64,000 nt of DNA from Candidatus Krumholzibacteriota bacterium (lineage in GTDB: Bacteria; Krumholzibacteriota; Krumholzibacteriia; JAJRXK01): the NCBI GenBank assembly GCA_963806035.1, contig CAWDWO010000039.1, positions 63,781 through 127,780 on the forward strand, read 5' to 3'. The notes below the pieces were generated by a model. The model saw only the letters and a program-made list of their open reading frames with translations, was not told the origin of the DNA and searched no databases. Below, piece by piece: positions 35,198 through 45,885 of the stretch. The stretch's first letter is position 1, and every line of letters begins with the position of its first letter. Made by a program: the position numbers and the translations under genes.

Positions 35198-36997
35198 ATG
35201 CAACAGAATCAGATTCGAAATTTCTGCATCATCGCGCACATCGATCACGGCAAATCCACTCTCGCCGATCGAATTCTCGAACTCACGCATTCCGTCGCGG
35301 CAAAGGACATGCGCGCGCAGCTCTTGGACTCCATGGACCTCGAGCAGGAGCGCGGGATCACCATCAAGAGCCATCCCGTGCGCATGGAATATCGCTCGCG
35401 CGACGGGCAGGACGTCGTCTTCCATCTGATCGATACCCCCGGCCACGTGGATTTTCACCACGAGGTCAGTCGCAGTCTCGCGGCGTGCGAGGGGTGTCTT
35501 CTGGTCGTCGACGCGGTGCAGGGAGTGCAGGCGCAGACGATCAACAACTTGTACCTGGCTCTCGAACACGATCTCGCCATCATCCCCGTGATCAACAAGA
35601 TCGACTTACCCGCCGCCCGTCCCGATGAGATCAAGGAGCAAATCGTCGATCTGATCGGGTGTGAAGAAGAGGAAATCGTCCTGGTGAGCGCCAAGAGCGG
35701 TGAGGGCGTCCCGGACCTACTCGATCGCATCATCACCACCATTCCTCCTCCCCAAGGAGTCTTGGAGGCGCCTTTGCGCGCGCTGGTTTTCGACAGTCAG
35801 TTCGACGCCTACCGGGGGACCATCGCCTACGTTCGCGTGGTCGACGGCAGCGTAACCAAAGGTGACATGATCAGGATGATGGGAGGGGGCCAGGAGCACG
35901 ATGTGATGGAGACCGGCTATTTCAAGCTCCAGCAGATTCCCACCGATAAACTGCAGGCGGGTATGGTGGGGTATCTCGCGACGGGAGCCAAGAGCGTCTC
36001 CGCGGTGCGCATGGGCGACACCATCACTCACAGGGACAGGCCGGCGAAGGAACCAGTGTTGGGCTACGTGGAAGCCAGGCCCATGGTCTTCAGCGGCTTT
36101 TATCCCGTGGTCAGCGACGACTACGATCTCCTGAAGGACTCCCTGGAGAAGCTGCAGCTCAACGACGCGGCCCTGACCTTCGAGCCGGAGACCAGTGCCG
36201 CGCTGGGCTTCGGCTTTCGCTGCGGCTTCCTGGGACTCTTACACATGGAAATCGTGCAGGAGCGGCTGGAGCGGGAGTACAATCTGGATCTCATCGCGAC
36301 CCTGCCCAACGTGGAGTACAAGTGCCGGCTGAAGACCGGTGAGGAACTCACCATCGAGAATCCTAGTATCATGCCCGAGCCCGGCGCTCTGGAGGAGATG
36401 AGTGAGCCCTACGTGAAGGCCTCGATCATCATGCCCAAGGAATACGTGGGTGGAGTGATGAAGCTCACCCAGGACCGTCGCGGCGAGCAGGAATCGATGC
36501 AGTACCTCAGCGGAGAGCGGGTCGAGCTCCTCTACAAGGTGCCCTTGGCCGAGTTGGTCGTCGATTTCTACGACAAACTGAAGAGCGTCACGCGCGGCTA
36601 CGCCAGCCTTGACTACGAATTTTGGGGGTATAAGGTCAGCGATCTGGTGAAACTGGACATCCTGCTCAACGGTGAGCCGGTGGACGCACTCAGCGTGATC
36701 GTGCATCGCTCGAAAGCCTACGAGTTCGGAAGATCGCTCTGCGTCAAGTTGAAGGAGCTGATTCCGCGCCAACTCTTCGCGGTTGCGGTTCAGGCTGCCC
36801 TGGGCAGCCGGGTCATCGCACGGACGACGGTGAAGGCGCTGCGCAAGAACGTCACCGCCAAGTGTTACGGCGGAGACATCTCGCGAAAGCGCAAGCTGCT
36901 GGAGAAACAGAAGGAAGGGAAAAAGCGCATGAAGCAGGTGGGCAGCGTGGAGATTCCTCAGGAGGCCTTTTTGGCAGTGCTCAAGGTGGAACGGTGA
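35198..36997 (+). CDS. lepA: translation elongation factor 4
   Basis: [35 protein letters not shown], conserved LepA C-terminal domain, 599 aa. Confidence 0.95.
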   Translation: MQQNQIRNFCIIAHIDHGKSTLADRILELTHSVAAKDMRAQLLDSMDLEQERGITIKSHPVRMEYRSRDGQDVVFHLIDTPGHVDFHHEVSRSLAACEGCLLVVDAVQGVQAQTINNLYLALEHDLAIIPVINKIDLPAARPDEIKEQIVDLIGCEEEEIVLVSAKSGEGVPDLLDRIITTIPPPQGVLEAPLRALVFDSQFDAYRGTIAYVRVVDGSVTKGDMIRMMGGGQEHDVMETGYFKLQQIPTDKLQAGMVGYLATGAKSVSAVRMGDTITHRDRPAKEPVLGYVEARPMVFSGFYPVVSDDYDLLKDSLEKLQLNDAALTFEPETSAALGFGFRCGFLGLLHMEIVQERLEREYNLDLIATLPNVEYKCRLKTGEELTIENPSIMPEPGALEEMSEPYVKASIIMPKEYVGGVMKLTQDRRGEQESMQYLSGERVELLYKVPLAELVVDFYDKLKSVTRGYASLDYEFWGYKVSDLVKLDILLNGEPVDALSVIVHRSKAYEFGRSLCVKLKELIPRQLFAVAVQAALGSRVIARTTVKALRKNVTAKCYGGDISRKRKLLEKQKEGKKRMKQVGSVEIPQEAFLAVLKVER

Positions 36998-37668
36998 GTA
37001 AGCGAAACAAAACGAAGAACTCCAAGGATATCGAAAAGCCCGAAGCGCAGAAGCCCGCAAAGCTGAAGCACAAGTCCGTATTCCGCGAGTACACCGAGGC
37101 AATCCTGTGGGCGGTCGTACTCGCTCTTCTCATTCGCACCTTTGCCTTCCAGGCCTTCCGGATACCTTCCTCGTCCATGGAGGATACACTGCTCATCGGA
37201 GACTACCTCTTCGTGAGCAAGTTTCTCTACGGAGCGGAGATCCCCTTTACCGGAGGCGCGCGACTTCCGGCCGTGAGGCAGCCGCGTAGAGGCGACATCA
37301 TCGTCTTCCGTTATCCCGAAGATCCCAGCGTCGACTACATCAAGCGCTGCGTGGCGGTGGGGGGCGACACCCTGCTCTTCCGCGACAAGACGCTTTACAT
37401 CAACGGCGAGAAGCAGAACGAGCCCTATGCCAAGTACGTGGATGCGGGGCGATCGCATCGTCCAGGCTTCGATTCGGTGGGTCCCTTGGTGGTGCCCAAG
37501 GGAAAGCTCTTCATGATGGGCGACAATCGTGATCGGAGCGCGGACTCCAGGGTGTGGGGATTCCTGGACAAGAAGTACCTACGAGGGAAGGCACTCTTCC
37601 TCTACTGGTCCTGGGATTCCAAAGCCAAGCACCCTCGTTTCGGCCGAATTTTGCACCTGGTCAAATGA
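36994..37668 (+). CDS. lepB: signal peptidase I
   Basis: Catalytic Ser box [10 protein letters not shown], Lys box [11 protein letters not shown], and [14 protein letters not shown] overlaps the lepA stop (GTGA). Confidence 0.9.
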   Translation: MSKRNKTKNSKDIEKPEAQKPAKLKHKSVFREYTEAILWAVVLALLIRTFAFQAFRIPSSSMEDTLLIGDYLFVSKFLYGAEIPFTGGARLPAVRQPRRGDIIVFRYPEDPSVDYIKRCVAVGGDTLLFRDKTLYINGEKQNEPYAKYVDAGRSHRPGFDSVGPLVVPKGKLFMMGDNRDRSADSRVWGFLDKKYLRGKALFLYWSWDSKAKHPRFGRILHLVK

Positions 37669-38828
37669 TCGAAGAACGCCGGCAAGTCGCGCTCTACATC
37701 CACATCCCCTTCTGCGACCGCCGGTGTCCCTACTGCCATTTCTACTGCTTCGTGAACAAGGACGAAGCGCTTCCGCTGCGCTATGCGAAAAACCTGGCGC
37801 GCGAACTCTCCACTCATGCCGAATTGCTGCAGGGGAAAATCTCTTCGGTCTATTTTGGCGGCGGCACCCCCAGTGCTTTGACCGCGCGCTCGAGAGAGTT
37901 TCTCTGCCGTTGGATGCGCGAGGAGCTCGGGCCCTTTCTGCAGGCCGACGCCGAGATCACCCTCGAAGTGAATCCCGAGAGTGCCTTGCCGGACACTCTC
38001 GACTCCTGGGTGCAGGCAGGGGTGAATCGCATCAGCGTGGGCATCCAGAGCATGGATCAAGAGGTGCTCTCGTTCCTGGGCCGCTTGAATACACCCGCTT
38101 CGAATCGGCGCGCGCTGGAACTCTGCTGTGAGCGGGTCGAGAACCTCAGCATCGATCTCATTCTCGCGACGCCCAAGAGCCCCGCGGGAGCTCTGCAGTC
38201 CTCGCTCGAATTGGTGCGCGAATATCCCATCACTCATCTCTCGGCCTATCTGTTGGAGATTCATCCCCAGACGCGCTTCGGGCGCGAGGTCGCGCAGGGA
38301 CGTTGGATGCCACGCCCCGGCGAGGAACAGGCCGCGACGTACTTGAGCGCGGTCGAGTTTCTCGGGGCAGCCGGTTTCCAACACTACGAGTTGAGCAACT
38401 TTGCGCGCGCGGGGAAGACCTCCAAACACAACCAGTCGTATTGGGCGGGCACGAGCTACCTGGGTCTGGGGGCCTCCGCGCACTCCTTCGACGGTTCGCG
38501 ACGTTGGTGGAATCTCTCCGATGCCGCCGCTTGGTGCGAGGCACTGGAACAGGGGCGCGCACCGCAGGCGGGATCGGAAGTCCTCGATGTCACCCAGCGG
38601 CGCGACGAGGAGATTCTGCTGGGACTGCGCACCAGCGAGGGGCTGGATCCTCGCTGGCTCAAAGGCCGGCAGGCGCTCTGGGAGGCATGGATTCGGGCCG
38701 GCTACGCGGAGATCGAAGCCGGGCGTCCGCGCCTGACCCCACGGGGCTGGCTGGTCATGGACGAGATCGCGCGCGTCCTGGCCCAGAGCGAGGACCCGGA
38801 TTCAACTCGCCGTGAGGCAAGAACTTAG
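37665..38828 (+). CDS. hemW: radical SAM heme chaperone HemW (HemN-like, oxygen-independent coproporphyrinogen oxidase family)
   Basis: ALYIHIPFCDRRCPYCHFY and YFGGGTPS motifs, about 387 aa. ATG overlaps the lepB stop (ATGA). Confidence 0.85.
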   Translation: MIEERRQVALYIHIPFCDRRCPYCHFYCFVNKDEALPLRYAKNLARELSTHAELLQGKISSVYFGGGTPSALTARSREFLCRWMREELGPFLQADAEITLEVNPESALPDTLDSWVQAGVNRISVGIQSMDQEVLSFLGRLNTPASNRRALELCCERVENLSIDLILATPKSPAGALQSSLELVREYPITHLSAYLLEIHPQTRFGREVAQGRWMPRPGEEQAATYLSAVEFLGAAGFQHYELSNFARAGKTSKHNQSYWAGTSYLGLGASAHSFDGSRRWWNLSDAAAWCEALEQGRAPQAGSEVLDVTQRRDEEILLGLRTSEGLDPRWLKGRQALWEAWIRAGYAEIEAGRPRLTPRGWLVMDEIARVLAQSEDPDSTRREART

Positions 38829-38853
38829 CGCGGAGCTCCCGCTCCGCCCCGTC

Positions 38854-38882
38854 TTGACACTTTCCCGGCGCTCCCTTAGTTC
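38854..38882 (+). promoter_or_regulatory. possible sigma-70-type promoter for hrcA operon (TTGACA-N17-TAGTTC)
   Basis: Perfect -35 TTGACA at 38854-38859 in the same ccgtcTTGACA context as the rplM promoter. The -10 is weak. A better TAGATT lies 6 nt further, which is spaced too far. Confidence 0.3.
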
Positions 38883-38946
38883 TAGATTCTCCCATACAGG
38901 TCCGTGGAGAACCACTCCCAGCGTGGACGGAGAGGAGGTTACCAGC

Positions 38947-39978
38947 GTGCGCACTCCCGTCGACGAGCGTGACCGGAGGGTCCTGCAGGCGCTCATCCGC
39001 ATCTATGTGGAGCGCAGAGAACCCGTATCCAGCCGCATGATCGAGGAAGAAGCGAATCTGGGAATTCGCAGCGCCTCCATCCGCAACGTGCTGGGCCGAC
39101 TCGAGCGCGAGGGGCTCGTGGTGAAACCACACAGCTCGTCGGGTCGCATTCCCACCGACGAGGGATACCGCGCGTTCGTCGATCAATTGCTTCCTGGAGA
39201 CTTGGCGCGCGAGCAAGAGGAAGCCATCGATCACGCACTACGCGAGGCGGGGGAGGATCTCTCGCAACTCTTGCAGGCGATGGCGCGCATGCTGGGCCGC
39301 TTCAGCTCGAACATCGCGATCATGGCCGGGCCCAAGGAAAAGAAGGAAAGCTCCCTCATCGATGGAGTCGAGCTCCACGACCGAGGTGCCGGTCACATCC
39401 TGCTGGCGGTGAGTCTGGACAGCGGCAAGGTGCGCACGGAGCTGGTCGATCTGAAGCGCGAGGTCAAGCCGGGCATTCTCATCGCCGCCTCGTCCTTTCT
39501 CGCCGAGAGGCTCACCGGTCACCGACTGGAAGATTGCCGGCGCCAACTGGAACCCTATCTCACGGCGGAGGCCGACGAGGCGCGCAGTGTGGCCACCGAC
39601 GTGGCCCAGATGGGTCGAGGAGTCTTCGGGCCCGAACAGATGCTGCGCATCACTTTCGAGGGAATCCCCGAGGCGCTCGAACAGCCCGAGTTCGCCGACC
39701 CGGTGCGGCTCAAGAACCTGCTGGAACTCGTTGCGCGCCACGAGCTCTTCGAGCAGGCTCTGGATGAATTCGTGACCGGCGAGGTCGGACAGGTGAGTCT
39801 GGCCATCGGCCGGGAGAATCCCCTGCAGGCGCTGCACCCTTTCACCCTGATGGCGACTCGCTACGAGCTGGGCGGCGCCACCGGATATCTGGGGGTTCTC
39901 GGCCCCCGCCGCATGCGCTACGCGCGAACCCTCGCCCTCATTCACGGCATCGCGGCCCACCTGGACCGCCTGTCTTGA
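38947..39978 (+). CDS. hrcA: heat-inducible transcription repressor HrcA
   Basis: ERDRRVLQALIRIYVERREPVSSRMIEEE...IRSASIRNVLGRLEREGLVVKPHSSSGRIPTDEGYR. GTG 38947 has a GGAGAGGAGG SD. Followed by grpE-dnaK-dnaJ. Confidence 0.85.
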   Translation: MRTPVDERDRRVLQALIRIYVERREPVSSRMIEEEANLGIRSASIRNVLGRLEREGLVVKPHSSSGRIPTDEGYRAFVDQLLPGDLAREQEEAIDHALREAGEDLSQLLQAMARMLGRFSSNIAIMAGPKEKKESSLIDGVELHDRGAGHILLAVSLDSGKVRTELVDLKREVKPGILIAASSFLAERLTGHRLEDCRRQLEPYLTAEADEARSVATDVAQMGRGVFGPEQMLRITFEGIPEALEQPEFADPVRLKNLLELVARHELFEQALDEFVTGEVGQVSLAIGRENPLQALHPFTLMATRYELGGATGYLGVLGPRRMRYARTLALIHGIAAHLDRLS

Positions 39979-40062
39979 GCCGTTTGGGCACGGTTCCTTC
40001 TTAAGAAACCCCTTGGATCGTGGGAACGGCGCGCACCGTCGCTCCCCGACTGGAGGAGATGG

Positions 40063-40869
40063 ATGGTGACCGAGGCAGATTGGAACTCTAGTTCTGAGGC
40101 TCCCCGGGGGAAGGATGAGGCCCCCATGCGGTATTCGGCCGCCAGCGGAGCAGACCAGCCCCCCAACCCGCGGAAGGACGGTGACGAGATGCCTGGCTGG
40201 TACGTCGAGGCCGAGGAGAGCGAGCAGGAAGAGCTCTCTCGATCGACCCAACCCGTCGCGGACGAGCCCGAGGAGCCGGCCGAGCCGGCCGGACTGGGCG
40301 GGGAGGACTCTTCACTGGATGATTTATCGTCAGCTGACTCCGCTGAAGGCTCCGAATTCCGCGACGACGAAGTGGAGATGGCGGCTGAACCGGCTGAGCT
40401 GGAGGATTCCAGCGAGGACGAAGTCGAGGTTTGGCGAAGAAAAGCCGAAGAAAACCGTGTCAAATGGATGCGAGCCATGGCGGAAATGGAGAATTTTCGC
40501 AAACGGAGCCGCCGAGAGATCGAGAGTTCCATCAATTTTGCTAATGCCAATCTCCTGAGAGAACTCCTCGAAGTTCTGGACAATTTCGAGCGTGCCCAGG
40601 GCGCGGCCAGATCGAGCGAGGAGGGTTCCACCGAGGCCTACGTCGAGGGCATTCGCCTGATCTACCAGCGCTTCGTGGACGTCCTGCGACGCTGTGGCTT
40701 GGAGCGGATCCCGGCCAAGGGGGAGCTTTTCGACCCCAATCTGCATGAGGCGGTGTCGCAAATCGAGACGGACGAGGTGGAGAGCGGTCAGATCGCCCAC
40801 GTCGTCCAGGAAGGGTACCGACTCAAGGACATGGTTCTGCGCCCTGCGAAGGTAGTGGTCGCGAAATAG
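40063..40869 (+). CDS. grpE: nucleotide exchange factor GrpE (with about 100-aa acidic N-terminal extension)
   Basis: [40 protein letters not shown] and C-terminal [16 protein letters not shown]. Confidence 0.9.
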   Translation: MVTEADWNSSSEAPRGKDEAPMRYSAASGADQPPNPRKDGDEMPGWYVEAEESEQEELSRSTQPVADEPEEPAEPAGLGGEDSSLDDLSSADSAEGSEFRDDEVEMAAEPAELEDSSEDEVEVWRRKAEENRVKWMRAMAEMENFRKRSRREIESSINFANANLLRELLEVLDNFERAQGAARSSEEGSTEAYVEGIRLIYQRFVDVLRRCGLERIPAKGELFDPNLHEAVSQIETDEVESGQIAHVVQEGYRLKDMVLRPAKVVVAK

Positions 40870-40889
40870 GAACCCTGGAGGGCTCCACG

Positions 40890-42683
40890 ATGGCAAAAGT
40901 ACTGGGAATCGATTTGGGAACCACCAACAGCTGCTGCGCGGTTCTCAACTCCGGCCAACCCGAGATCATCGTCAACGAACATGGTCACAGGACGACTCCT
41001 TCGGTGGTTTGCTACAGCAAGACCGGAGAGTGGCTGGTGGGACACCTGGCCAAGCGGCAGGCGATCACCAATCCGGAGAACACGGTCGCATCGATCAAGC
41101 GCTTCATGGGAATGCGCCATGACGAGGTTTCCGCCGAGCGCGAGCGGGCCGGTTATGAGGTGACGAAGTCGGACACGGGAATGGTCGAGATCCAGATCGG
41201 TAACGAGAAGTTCTCTCCGGTGGAGATCTCCGCGATGATCCTCCGTACCATCCGCGAACGCGCCGAGGAAGCTCTGGGCGAGGAAATCAACCAGGCCGTC
41301 ATCACCGTCCCGGCCTACTTCAACGATGCCCAGCGGCAGGCGACCAAGGACGCGGGAACCGTGGCCGGCCTGGACGTCCTGCGGATCATCAACGAGCCCA
41401 CCGCGGCCGCCCTGGCCTACGGCCTGGATGAAAAGGAGAGCCAGTGCATCGCGGTCTACGACCTCGGTGGGGGGACCTTCGACATCTCCATCCTGCGCGT
41501 GGGCGACGGCGTCTTCGAGGTGAAGTCCACCAACGGTGACACCCATCTGGGCGGCGACGATTTCGACCAGGCTCTCATCGAGTATCTTGCCAAAGAATTC
41601 CAGAAAGAAACCAAGATCAACTTGCTCGAGGACCGCATGGCGGTGGGAAGGCTCAAGGAGGCGGCGGAGAAGGCCAAGTGCGACCTCTCCACCAGTCTCG
41701 AGACGCACGTCAATCTGCCCTTCATCGCCAACGACGCCACCGGACCGGTTCACCTGGACATGCCTTTGACCAGGGCCCGCTTCGAGGCCCTCACCGCGAA
41801 CCTGGTGGACCGCTCGATGGAACCCTGTGCGCAGGCGCTGGAAGATTCGGGTCTTTCCCCGACCGACATCGACGAAGTGATTCTCGTGGGAGGCTCCACG
41901 CGGATTCCCGCGGTGCAGCAGGCAGTGGCCGAACTCTTCGGAAAGACTCCCAGCAAGACGGTGAATCCCGACGAAGTGGTGGCCATGGGCGCCGCCATTC
42001 AGGCCGGCGTCTTGAGCGGGGCGCTGGACGACGTACTGCTTCTGGACGTGACTCCGCTGAGTCTGGGAATCGAGACTCTGGGAAGCGTGATGACACGTCT
42101 CATCGAACGGAATACCACGATTCCCACGCGCAAGGCGCAGATTTTCTCCACCGCCGGCGACAACCAGTCCGCGGTGAGCATCCATGTGTTGCAGGGAGAG
42201 CGCGAGATGGCCGCGGACAACCGCAGTCTGGCGCGGCTCGACTTGATCGGCATCCCGCCCGCACCGCGCGGGGTTCCTCAGATCGAGGTCACCTTCGACA
42301 TCGACGTCAACGGAATCCTCAACGTGCACGCCAAGGATCTCGGGACCGGAAAGGAACAGAAGATCTCGGTGAAGAGTACTTCGAACCTGACCGAGGAATC
42401 CGTGGATCGCATGGTGCGCGAGGCCGAGATCCGCATGGAAGAGGACAAGCTGAAGCGTAAGCTGGCCGAGACGCGGAACCGCGCCGAGATGCTCCTGCTC
42501 AACGTCGAGAGCGTCTTCGGTGAACACGGGGAGCGCGTGAGCGAGGAAGAGCGGCACAAGATCGCCGAGGACATGGAGAACTTGCGCCAGGCCTTGGAGA
42601 CCAAAGACGTGGCTGCCATCCAGAGCGCCATGGAGGCTCTCAACGAATCCTCGCACCGCATGGCCGACGCGCTGTACCAGTAG
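40890..42683 (+). CDS. dnaK: molecular chaperone DnaK (Hsp70)
   Basis: [36 protein letters not shown]; 597 aa. Confidence 0.95.
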   Translation: MAKVLGIDLGTTNSCCAVLNSGQPEIIVNEHGHRTTPSVVCYSKTGEWLVGHLAKRQAITNPENTVASIKRFMGMRHDEVSAERERAGYEVTKSDTGMVEIQIGNEKFSPVEISAMILRTIRERAEEALGEEINQAVITVPAYFNDAQRQATKDAGTVAGLDVLRIINEPTAAALAYGLDEKESQCIAVYDLGGGTFDISILRVGDGVFEVKSTNGDTHLGGDDFDQALIEYLAKEFQKETKINLLEDRMAVGRLKEAAEKAKCDLSTSLETHVNLPFIANDATGPVHLDMPLTRARFEALTANLVDRSMEPCAQALEDSGLSPTDIDEVILVGGSTRIPAVQQAVAELFGKTPSKTVNPDEVVAMGAAIQAGVLSGALDDVLLLDVTPLSLGIETLGSVMTRLIERNTTIPTRKAQIFSTAGDNQSAVSIHVLQGEREMAADNRSLARLDLIGIPPAPRGVPQIEVTFDIDVNGILNVHAKDLGTGKEQKISVKSTSNLTEESVDRMVREAEIRMEEDKLKRKLAETRNRAEMLLLNVESVFGEHGERVSEEERHKIAEDMENLRQALETKDVAAIQSAMEALNESSHRMADALYQ

Positions 42684-42885
42684 TCGCTCGCGAACGCCGC
42701 GCGCCTCGACGAGCAAAGCGGGCCGCTTTCCCGCCCCAAAGCGCGGTGAAACGGCTCGAGAGACCCCTGAAGGCCACGCTGAGCCAGCGTGGCCTTCGCC
42801 TGTTCCAATCGTTGCAAAACACGGGCAACCGCTTCATCTTATCAGGTCGAAACGAAACCGGGATGGACCACGGATCGGGATTCTG

Positions 42886-44025
42886 ATGAGCAAACGCGAT
42901 TATTACGAAGTACTTGGAGTCGAGCGCGGAGCGAGCGCCGACGAGATCAAGAAGGCCTATCGCAAACTGGCGGTCCGCTACCACCCGGACAAGAATCCCG
43001 ACGACAAGAGCGCGGAGGAGAAATTCAAGGAGGCCACCGAGGCCTACGAGGTGCTCAAGGACGGCGAGAAACGAAAGGTCTACGACCAGTACGGTCACGC
43101 GGGTCTGAGCGGACAGGGCGGCTTCCACGGCGGTTTCGGCGCCGGCGGAGCCGAGTTCGACCTCAGCGATGCGCTGCGCGCCTTCATGCGCGATTTCGGT
43201 GGTTTCGGTTTCGATGACATGTTCGGCGGTGGCGGCGGGCGCGCCCAACAGGCCCGGCACCGCGGTCGCGATCTCCAGGTCAAGGTGAGTCTGAGCATCA
43301 AGGAGATCGCCGAGGGCGCCAGCAAGACCATCAAGTTGAAGAAGATGGTGGCCTGCAAAACCTGTGGTGGATCCGGAGCGGCCCCGGGTTCCTCCCCCAA
43401 GCGCTGCGAGGAATGCGGCGGTCAAGGCCGCATCCGGCGCGTACAGCGAACCCTCCTGGGGCAATTCGTCAACGTGGTGAGCTGTCCGGCCTGCCAGGGC
43501 GAAGGCAAAGTCATCTCCAAGCCCTGCCCCGACTGCCGCGGAAGAGGAGTGGAGAAGGGGGAGGAGACGGTGAAGGTGAAGATCCCGGCCGGCGTCTCCG
43601 GAGGAAATTACATCACGCTGAAGGGACAGGGTGATGCCGCCGAGCGCGGCGGCGCCGCGGGGGACGTGTTCGTGGTGGTGGAAGAAAAAGAGAGCGATCT
43701 CTTCGAGCGGCACGGAGACGATCTGCTGGTGACCGTCGCGGTCCTCGGGGCCGACCTGGCCCTGGGGGCGAAAGTGGAAGTACCCACGGTGACGGGTAGG
43801 GTGAGCATGAAAATCCCGGCCGGCACGCACTCGCACAAGATCTTCCGCATTCCCAATCGGGGCATTCCCCATCTCCACGGCCCGGGTCGTGGCGACCAGC
43901 TCGTGCGTGTCGTCGCATGGACTCCCTCGAAAGTCTCCGCGGAAGAGCGCGAACTCCTGGAGCGTCTGCGCGAGCTCGAGGCGGATCAGCTGCCTCCTCC
44001 CGGACGCAAGATCTACGGCGGCTGA
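42886..44025 (+). CDS. dnaJ: molecular chaperone DnaJ
   Basis: J-domain DYYEVLGV...YHPDKN, G/F-rich linker, four CxxCxGxG zinc motifs, 379 aa. Confidence 0.95.
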   Translation: MSKRDYYEVLGVERGASADEIKKAYRKLAVRYHPDKNPDDKSAEEKFKEATEAYEVLKDGEKRKVYDQYGHAGLSGQGGFHGGFGAGGAEFDLSDALRAFMRDFGGFGFDDMFGGGGGRAQQARHRGRDLQVKVSLSIKEIAEGASKTIKLKKMVACKTCGGSGAAPGSSPKRCEECGGQGRIRRVQRTLLGQFVNVVSCPACQGEGKVISKPCPDCRGRGVEKGEETVKVKIPAGVSGGNYITLKGQGDAAERGGAAGDVFVVVEEKESDLFERHGDDLLVTVAVLGADLALGAKVEVPTVTGRVSMKIPAGTHSHKIFRIPNRGIPHLHGPGRGDQLVRVVAWTPSKVSAEERELLERLRELEADQLPPPGRKIYGG

Positions 44026-44029
44026 GAGC

Positions 44030-44779
44030 ATGGAAGTCCAGTGGCTTCCCGGCGCCGCTCTCAAGGGGAAGAGTATCCTGCTGGAAGGTGACGAGGCGCG
44101 TCACATCCTCAAGGTGCGGCGTCGCTCGGTGGGGGACGAGCTGCTCTTCACCACGGGTGACGGCAACTTCATTCACGCCCGCATCGATCGCAGCGATAGT
44201 CACAGCCTGCACGCGGAAGTCTTGCGTCACGAGCGGGACGAGAGGGAGGAAGCACGGCCCAGAATCAGCTTGGCTCTGGCTCTCCTGAAGAACGATCACT
44301 TCGAGCTGGCTCTGGAGAAGTGTGTCGAGCTCGGGGTGCATCGGGTGATTCCCCTGCTTGCCGAGCACTGCGTCGTGCGCTGGAAGGCCGCTTCCGCGGA
44401 TCGCAAGCTGGAACGTTGGCGTCGTATTGCGGTGAGCGCAATGAAGCAGTCGGGCCGATCCTGGCTGCCCTCGGTACATTCGCCGGTGAAGCTGAGTGAG
44501 TTACCGGAGCTGGTCGAGGAGGAGGCGAGTTGGATCGTCGGCGACGAGACCGAACGCGAGCTTCTTCTCTCGCAGCTGGCTCTAGAGCCCTCGAAACCGC
44601 GCGTGGCCCTGGTCGGGCCCGAGGGGGGGTTCAGCGCGCTCGAACGCGAATGGCTGTCCGAACGGGGCGCTCTGGCGGTGAGCCTCTCGTCCTTTCGTCT
44701 GCGGGCGGAAACCGCGGCGATCACCCTGGTCTCCTCTCTCGCGGCGCCGCGCTTGACCCCGGGGCAGACAGATCTCTAG
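44030..44779 (+). CDS. rsmE: 16S rRNA (uracil1498-N3)-methyltransferase
   Basis: LEGDEARHILKVRRRSVGDELLFTTGDGNF (PUA-like N-terminus) and C-terminal SPOUT region GPEGGFSALE...LRAETAAI. Confidence 0.8.
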   Translation: MEVQWLPGAALKGKSILLEGDEARHILKVRRRSVGDELLFTTGDGNFIHARIDRSDSHSLHAEVLRHERDEREEARPRISLALALLKNDHFELALEKCVELGVHRVIPLLAEHCVVRWKAASADRKLERWRRIAVSAMKQSGRSWLPSVHSPVKLSELPELVEEEASWIVGDETERELLLSQLALEPSKPRVALVGPEGGFSALEREWLSERGALAVSLSSFRLRAETAAITLVSSLAAPRLTPGQTDL

Positions 44780-44823
44780 ACTTCGGCCTCCCACCATTTC
44801 ACCCGTCCGAAGGAGTACCCCCC

Positions 44824-45276
44824 GTGACCGCAAGCCTAGCGCAGCGCCTTCACGACGACATGGTGACGGCCATGAAGCAGAAGGACAAGGAACGGCTGAG
44901 TGTTTTGAGAATGCTGCTCGCCTCGGTCAAGGATGCAAGCATCGAGAAGCGCGCCGAACCGAGCGACGACGAAGTTCTGCATCTGATCCAGAGCTACGCC
45001 AAGAAGCGCGAGGATGCAAAGAAAGAAGCGATCCGCGCGAAGCGGGACGACCTGGTCGCGAGGGAGGAATTCGAGCTGCGCGTGCTGCAGGACTACCTTC
45101 CCGAGGCGATGGACGACCAAGAGTTGAAGCAGCTGGTCGAGTCCGTCGTGCGTGAACTCGGCGCCAGTTCGATGAAAGACATGGGGCGCGTCATGAAAAC
45201 GTGTCAGGAGCGCGTGCAGGGACGAGCGGACGGAAGCCGCATCAGCGCGCTGGTCAAACCACTACTCACCGGATGA
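44824..45276 (+). CDS. GatB/YqeY domain protein
   Basis: LHDDMVTAMKQKDKERLSVLRMLLASVK...ELRVLQDYLP...MGRVMK; 150 aa. GTG has an AAGGAG SD. Confidence 0.8.
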   Translation: MTASLAQRLHDDMVTAMKQKDKERLSVLRMLLASVKDASIEKRAEPSDDEVLHLIQSYAKKREDAKKEAIRAKRDDLVAREEFELRVLQDYLPEAMDDQELKQLVESVVRELGASSMKDMGRVMKTCQERVQGRADGSRISALVKPLLTG

Positions 45277-45286
45277 GGAGCGTACG

Positions 45287-45883
45287 GTGTCCACCATCAT
45301 CGTCCTCAGTATTCTGATCATTCTCGCCATGGTGGTCGACGGATTCCGCCATGGCGTCATCCAGCGCACTCTGGAGACGGTGGGCTTCATCGCCATCTTC
45401 ATCTTCGCTTCGCGTCTGGCCGATTGGGTCGAGCCGGTGCTGAGCAAGAACCTGGCGGCCACCCCCAAGATCGCGTTCTTCGGCTCCTGGGCCATCGTGC
45501 TGGTGGGGGGAGTCATTGTGGTGCGCATCGCCTCGGGCGCCTTCGCCAGTCTCATGAAATTCTCCATCGTGGGGACCATCGATCGCATCGGAGGCATGGT
45601 GATGGGCCTGCTCTTCGGGTGCCTGCTCGTGAGCGTCCTTTTGGTGGGTATGATCGCGGTCACCGATTCGCCGCGTCTGCGGGACGAAATCCAGGACCAT
45701 CCAGTGACCGGACCTCTCCTGCGGGTGGCTCCGGAGGTCTACGACGTGGCCGCGAAGGCCTGGAACGGACAGGGCTTCTTCAAGATGATCCAGGAGCGCT
45801 TGGAACCGTTGAGCCAAGAGACCATCGATACTCTGAAGGCTCACGTTTCCCAATACGCGAAAGACGGCAAGAAGGAGAACTAG
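45287..45883 (+). CDS. cvpA: CvpA-family membrane protein
   Basis: Four hydrophobic segments. N-terminus IIVLSILIILAMVVDGFRHGVIQ is typical of colicin V production protein family members. Confidence 0.7.
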   Translation: MSTIIVLSILIILAMVVDGFRHGVIQRTLETVGFIAIFIFASRLADWVEPVLSKNLAATPKIAFFGSWAIVLVGGVIVVRIASGAFASLMKFSIVGTIDRIGGMVMGLLFGCLLVSVLLVGMIAVTDSPRLRDEIQDHPVTGPLLRVAPEVYDVAAKAWNGQGFFKMIQERLEPLSQETIDTLKAHVSQYAKDGKKEN

Positions 45884-45885
45884 CC

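Noticed and set aside
38829-38946. Search for a CIRCE operator (TTAGCACTC-N9-GAGTGCTAA) upstream of hrcA-grpE-dnaK-dnaJ. Also examined 39979-40062, 40870-40889 and 42684-42885.
   Set aside because: No sequence approaching the CIRCE inverted repeat was found by eye. Only a short GCGGAGC-tccc-GCTCCGC hairpin (38828-38845) follows the hemW stop. HrcA targets such as groESL may lie elsewhere. A PWM scan would be needed to be certain.
40788-42716. 642-aa ORF antisense to dnaK. Similar long antisense ORFs lie opposite glmS (30878..32974), dnaJ (42640..44064), rpoD (50220..51770), uvrA, the pseudopilin genes (23540..24928) and many others.
   Set aside because: These are typical stop-codon-poor shadow frames of high-G+C coding DNA. 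Their translations are low-complexity and Arg/Gly/Ala/Pro-rich, with no recognisable motifs, whereas the sense strand encodes unmistakable conserved proteins.
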